From Terrimicrobiaceae bacterium (GTDB lineage Bacteria; Verrucomicrobiota; Verrucomicrobiia; Chthoniobacterales; Terrimicrobiaceae), in NCBI GenBank assembly GCA_044342325.1, contig JBIIPZ010000023.1, forward strand, positions 1 through 48,893: DNA of 48,893 nt, read 5' to 3'. A model generated the notes under the pieces. That model made no database searches. It was not told the origin of the DNA and worked only from the letters and a program-made list of their open reading frames with translations. The translations under genes were made by a program, and so were the position numbers. Positions 46,471 to 48,893 of the stretch are shown here, piece after piece (position 1 is the stretch's first letter; every line of letters begins with the position of its first letter).

Positions 46471-46502
46471 CTCCGTGCTCTCCGTGTCCTCCGTGGTTAA
46501 TT
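46471..46502 (-). repeat. REP-like arm, inverted
   Basis: CTCCGTGCTCTCCGTGTCCTCCGTGGTTAATT. Confidence 0.92.
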
Positions 46503-46575
46503 CCCAATAAACCGCTTCCGCTTCCCAACGAATTCCAAACTACAACCCACTTAAAACTTAATCCTTAAAACTCTT

Positions 46576-48189
46576 ATGCTCACCTCACACCCCGCCTGGG
46601 AAACCCTCTCCATCCAATCCGAATCCCTTCCTCACCTCCGCGAGCTTTTTGCCTCCGATCCGGCCCGCGCTGAGAAGTTCCAACTCGAAGCCGCTGGGCT
46701 TTTCTTGGATTATTCTAAAAACCTGATCACCAGCGAGACAGTCGCTTGCCTCATCGATCTCGCGAATGCCGCCGATCTGCGCGGCAAGATTGACGCCATG
46801 TTTCGTGGTGATAAGATCAACATCACCGAGAACCGCGCCGTGCTCCACACCGCCCTCCGCGCTCCACGCACGGCGTCGATCAAAGTCGATGGCGTTGATG
46901 TCGTTCCAGAGGTGCATGCCGTTCTGGACCGCATGTCCGAATTTTCCAATCGCGTCCGCTCCGGCGAGTGGAAAGGCCACACCGGCAAGCGCATCAAAAA
47001 CATCGTCAATATCGGCATCGGCGGCTCGGATCTCGGGCCTGTGATGGCCTACGAGGCGCTGCGCCACTACACCGACCGCTCGCTCACCTTCCGCTTCGTC
47101 TCGAATGTGGATGGCACCGACTTCGCCGAGGCCACCCACGACCTCGACCCCGCTGAGACGCTCTTTATCATTTCCTCCAAGACCTTTACCACGCTGGAGA
47201 CCATGACCAATGCCGCCTCGGCCCGCGAGTGGTCGCTCGCCGGTCTGGGTGGTGACAAAGCCGCTGTCGCCAAGCACTTCGTCGCCGTTTCCACAAATGC
47301 CGAGAAGGTCTCCGAGTTCGGCATCGACACCGCTAACATGTTCGGCTTCTGGGATTGGGTAGGGGGTCGCTATTCGATGGATTCCGCCATCGGCCTATCG
47401 AACATGATCGCCCTCGGCCCGGACAACTTCCGCGAAATGCTCGCCGGATTCCATGCGATGGACGAGCACTTCCGCACCGCGCCGTTCGAGCAAAACATCC
47501 CCGTCCTCCACGGCCTCTTGGCCCTGTGGTATAACGACTTCTACGGCGCGCAAACCGTCGCCGTTCTGCCCTACGACCAATACCTGAAACGCTTCCCCGC
47601 CTACCTCCAGCAACTCACCATGGAGAGCAACGGCAAGCATGTGAAACTCGATGGCACCCATGTGGATGCCGAAACAGGTCCGATCTACTGGGGTGAGCCG
47701 GGCACCAACGGCCAGCACAGCTTCTACCAACTCATCCACCAAGGCACCCGTCTCATCCCCTGCGACTTCATCGCCTTTGCCCAATCGCTCAACCCGCTCG
47801 GACGACATCACGACCTCCTCATGTCCAATGTCTTCGCGCAAACCCAAGCCCTCGCTTTCGGCAAAAACCTCGCCGAAGTCGAAGCCGAAGGCACCCCCGC
47901 CGCACTCGCCCCACACCGCGTCTTCGACGGCAACCGTCCGTCCAATGTCATCCTCGCCGAAAAACTCACCCCCGCCATCCTCGGCAGCCTCGTCTCCCTT
48001 TACGAAATGAGCGTCTTCACCCAAGGCGTCCTCTGGGACATCAACTCCTTCGACCAATGGGGCGTCGAACTCGGCAAAGTCCTCGCCCAACGCATCATCC
48101 CCGAACTCGAATCCACAGGGGAGCCTGACCTCAAACACGACAGCAGCACGAATGCGTTGATCCGCAGGTATAGGAAGATAAAGGGCTGA
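46576..48189 (+). CDS. pgi: Glucose-6-phosphate isomerase
   Basis: [82 protein letters not shown]. Confidence 0.98.
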   Translation: MLTSHPAWETLSIQSESLPHLRELFASDPARAEKFQLEAAGLFLDYSKNLITSETVACLIDLANAADLRGKIDAMFRGDKINITENRAVLHTALRAPRTASIKVDGVDVVPEVHAVLDRMSEFSNRVRSGEWKGHTGKRIKNIVNIGIGGSDLGPVMAYEALRHYTDRSLTFRFVSNVDGTDFAEATHDLDPAETLFIISSKTFTTLETMTNAASAREWSLAGLGGDKAAVAKHFVAVSTNAEKVSEFGIDTANMFGFWDWVGGRYSMDSAIGLSNMIALGPDNFREMLAGFHAMDEHFRTAPFEQNIPVLHGLLALWYNDFYGAQTVAVLPYDQYLKRFPAYLQQLTMESNGKHVKLDGTHVDAETGPIYWGEPGTNGQHSFYQLIHQGTRLIPCDFIAFAQSLNPLGRHHDLLMSNVFAQTQALAFGKNLAEVEAEGTPAALAPHRVFDGNRPSNVILAEKLTPAILGSLVSLYEMSVFTQGVLWDINSFDQWGVELGKVLAQRIIPELESTGEPDLKHDSSTNALIRRYRKIKG

Positions 48190-48379
48190 GGCGGCTAAAT
48201 CTGCCCTTACGCCGCAGAAAATTTTGAGATAAACATCAATAATTCATGCCTTTTCTGAAAAATCGGTGTCAATAGGAAAATTTTCTTTTTGTTTGTTTAA
48301 AGCTATTTATAAATTATGTATGTTTCCCGATTTGCGCAACTTTTTCTGAACCTGTTGTTAAAGGTTTTTTAAAAGTATT

Positions 48380-48893
48380 ATGAAAAATAGTGTAGTGAGT
48401 TTTTCCACTTTTTTGGAAAGCATTGTATTTTCAGAACCAATTCAGCTTAACACAAAGTTGGGTCCGCGCTTGTTTAAAAAAGCATCAATGACGGTATTGA
48501 GTTTGCAAATTTTCCGAGAAAATCTCAAGTTTTTTGAAACAAACTTTAAAAAACTTGGAATCGAGGTAAGATATAATCGAAGTGGCGCGGCGTTATGGTG
48601 GAAAAGCAGGGAAGATTTATCTTTTCATGAGATAGTTTCAGCTGAATTATATACAGAAAATGAGCTGGCAGATCAAATCTCCGAAATTTTCAAAATAGAT
48701 TCACAATTCATAGAAAAAGTCCCTAAAACTGATTTTTTATACGCAAAAGAACCCATTAAAATAAACGAGACCTTTGAGAAAATGGAAAAGAGAACCTTCT
48801 GCATTTTACAGCCCGCATCATTTTTAATTCACAAAAGCAGAACAATAAACGCAGATAATTTAAGTATTGATGGTGAAATTTTAACAGGACTTA
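48380..48893 (+). CDS. AT-rich hypothetical protein, partial (runs off right edge)
   Basis: ATG 48380 (MKNSVVSFSTFLESIVFSEPIQLNTKLGPRLFKK...) stays open for 171 codons to the window end in very AT-rich DNA, where long chance ORFs are unlikely. Not in the ORF track. Confidence 0.7.
   Translation, partial: MKNSVVSFSTFLESIVFSEPIQLNTKLGPRLFKKASMTVLSLQIFRENLKFFETNFKKLGIEVRYNRSGAALWWKSREDLSFHEIVSAELYTENELADQISEIFKIDSQFIEKVPKTDFLYAKEPIKINETFEKMEKRTFCILQPASFLIHKSRTINADNLSIDGEILTGL

Noticed and set aside
44922..46502. Autonomous IS or composite transposon around gnd
   Set aside because: No transposase lies between or beside the repeats in this window; reported as non-autonomous repeats instead.

Overview
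Bacterial chromosomal segment, GC-rich with AT-rich inserts. A PEP-CTERM protein with autotransporter-type beta repeats and the intergenic repeat families suggest Verrucomicrobiota (inference). (1) 1-12.1 kb is a defence island. It opens with the 3' tail of a probable transposase and a 7x21-bp tandem array. A minus-strand type I R-M locus follows (hsdM-yhcG-hsdS-unknown-XRE-abiEi-abiEii-hsdR), with a divergent LysR. (2) 12.7-17.3 kb holds housekeeping genes (pgsA, der, ppnP, dxs, xseB). (3) 17.4-26.8 kb is a six-gene surface-glycan operon: BcsB-like protein, DUF2334-like protein, TPR/beta-barrel protein, NfrB-like GT2, WecB and a receiver-only regulator. (4) 26.9-37.8 kb holds a methyltransferase, a PEP-CTERM protein, photolyase, hrpB, an inserted rpn cassette flanked by a diverged direct repeat, two unknown membrane proteins and HtrA. 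(5) 37.9-44.9 kb is a tightly packed cytochrome c oxidase plus Rieske/cytochrome b operon. (6) gnd and pgi sit among nested inverted repeats and have duplicated leaders; an AT-rich ORF then runs off the right end. The most notable observations are in-frame 27-bp variable palindromes inside yhcG, the hybrid Nfr/Bcs glycan operon, mutated catalytic motifs in HsdM, hsdR coupled to an AbiE toxin, and a 60-bp mini-hairpin insertion element. All family calls come from motif recognition; no database search was run.
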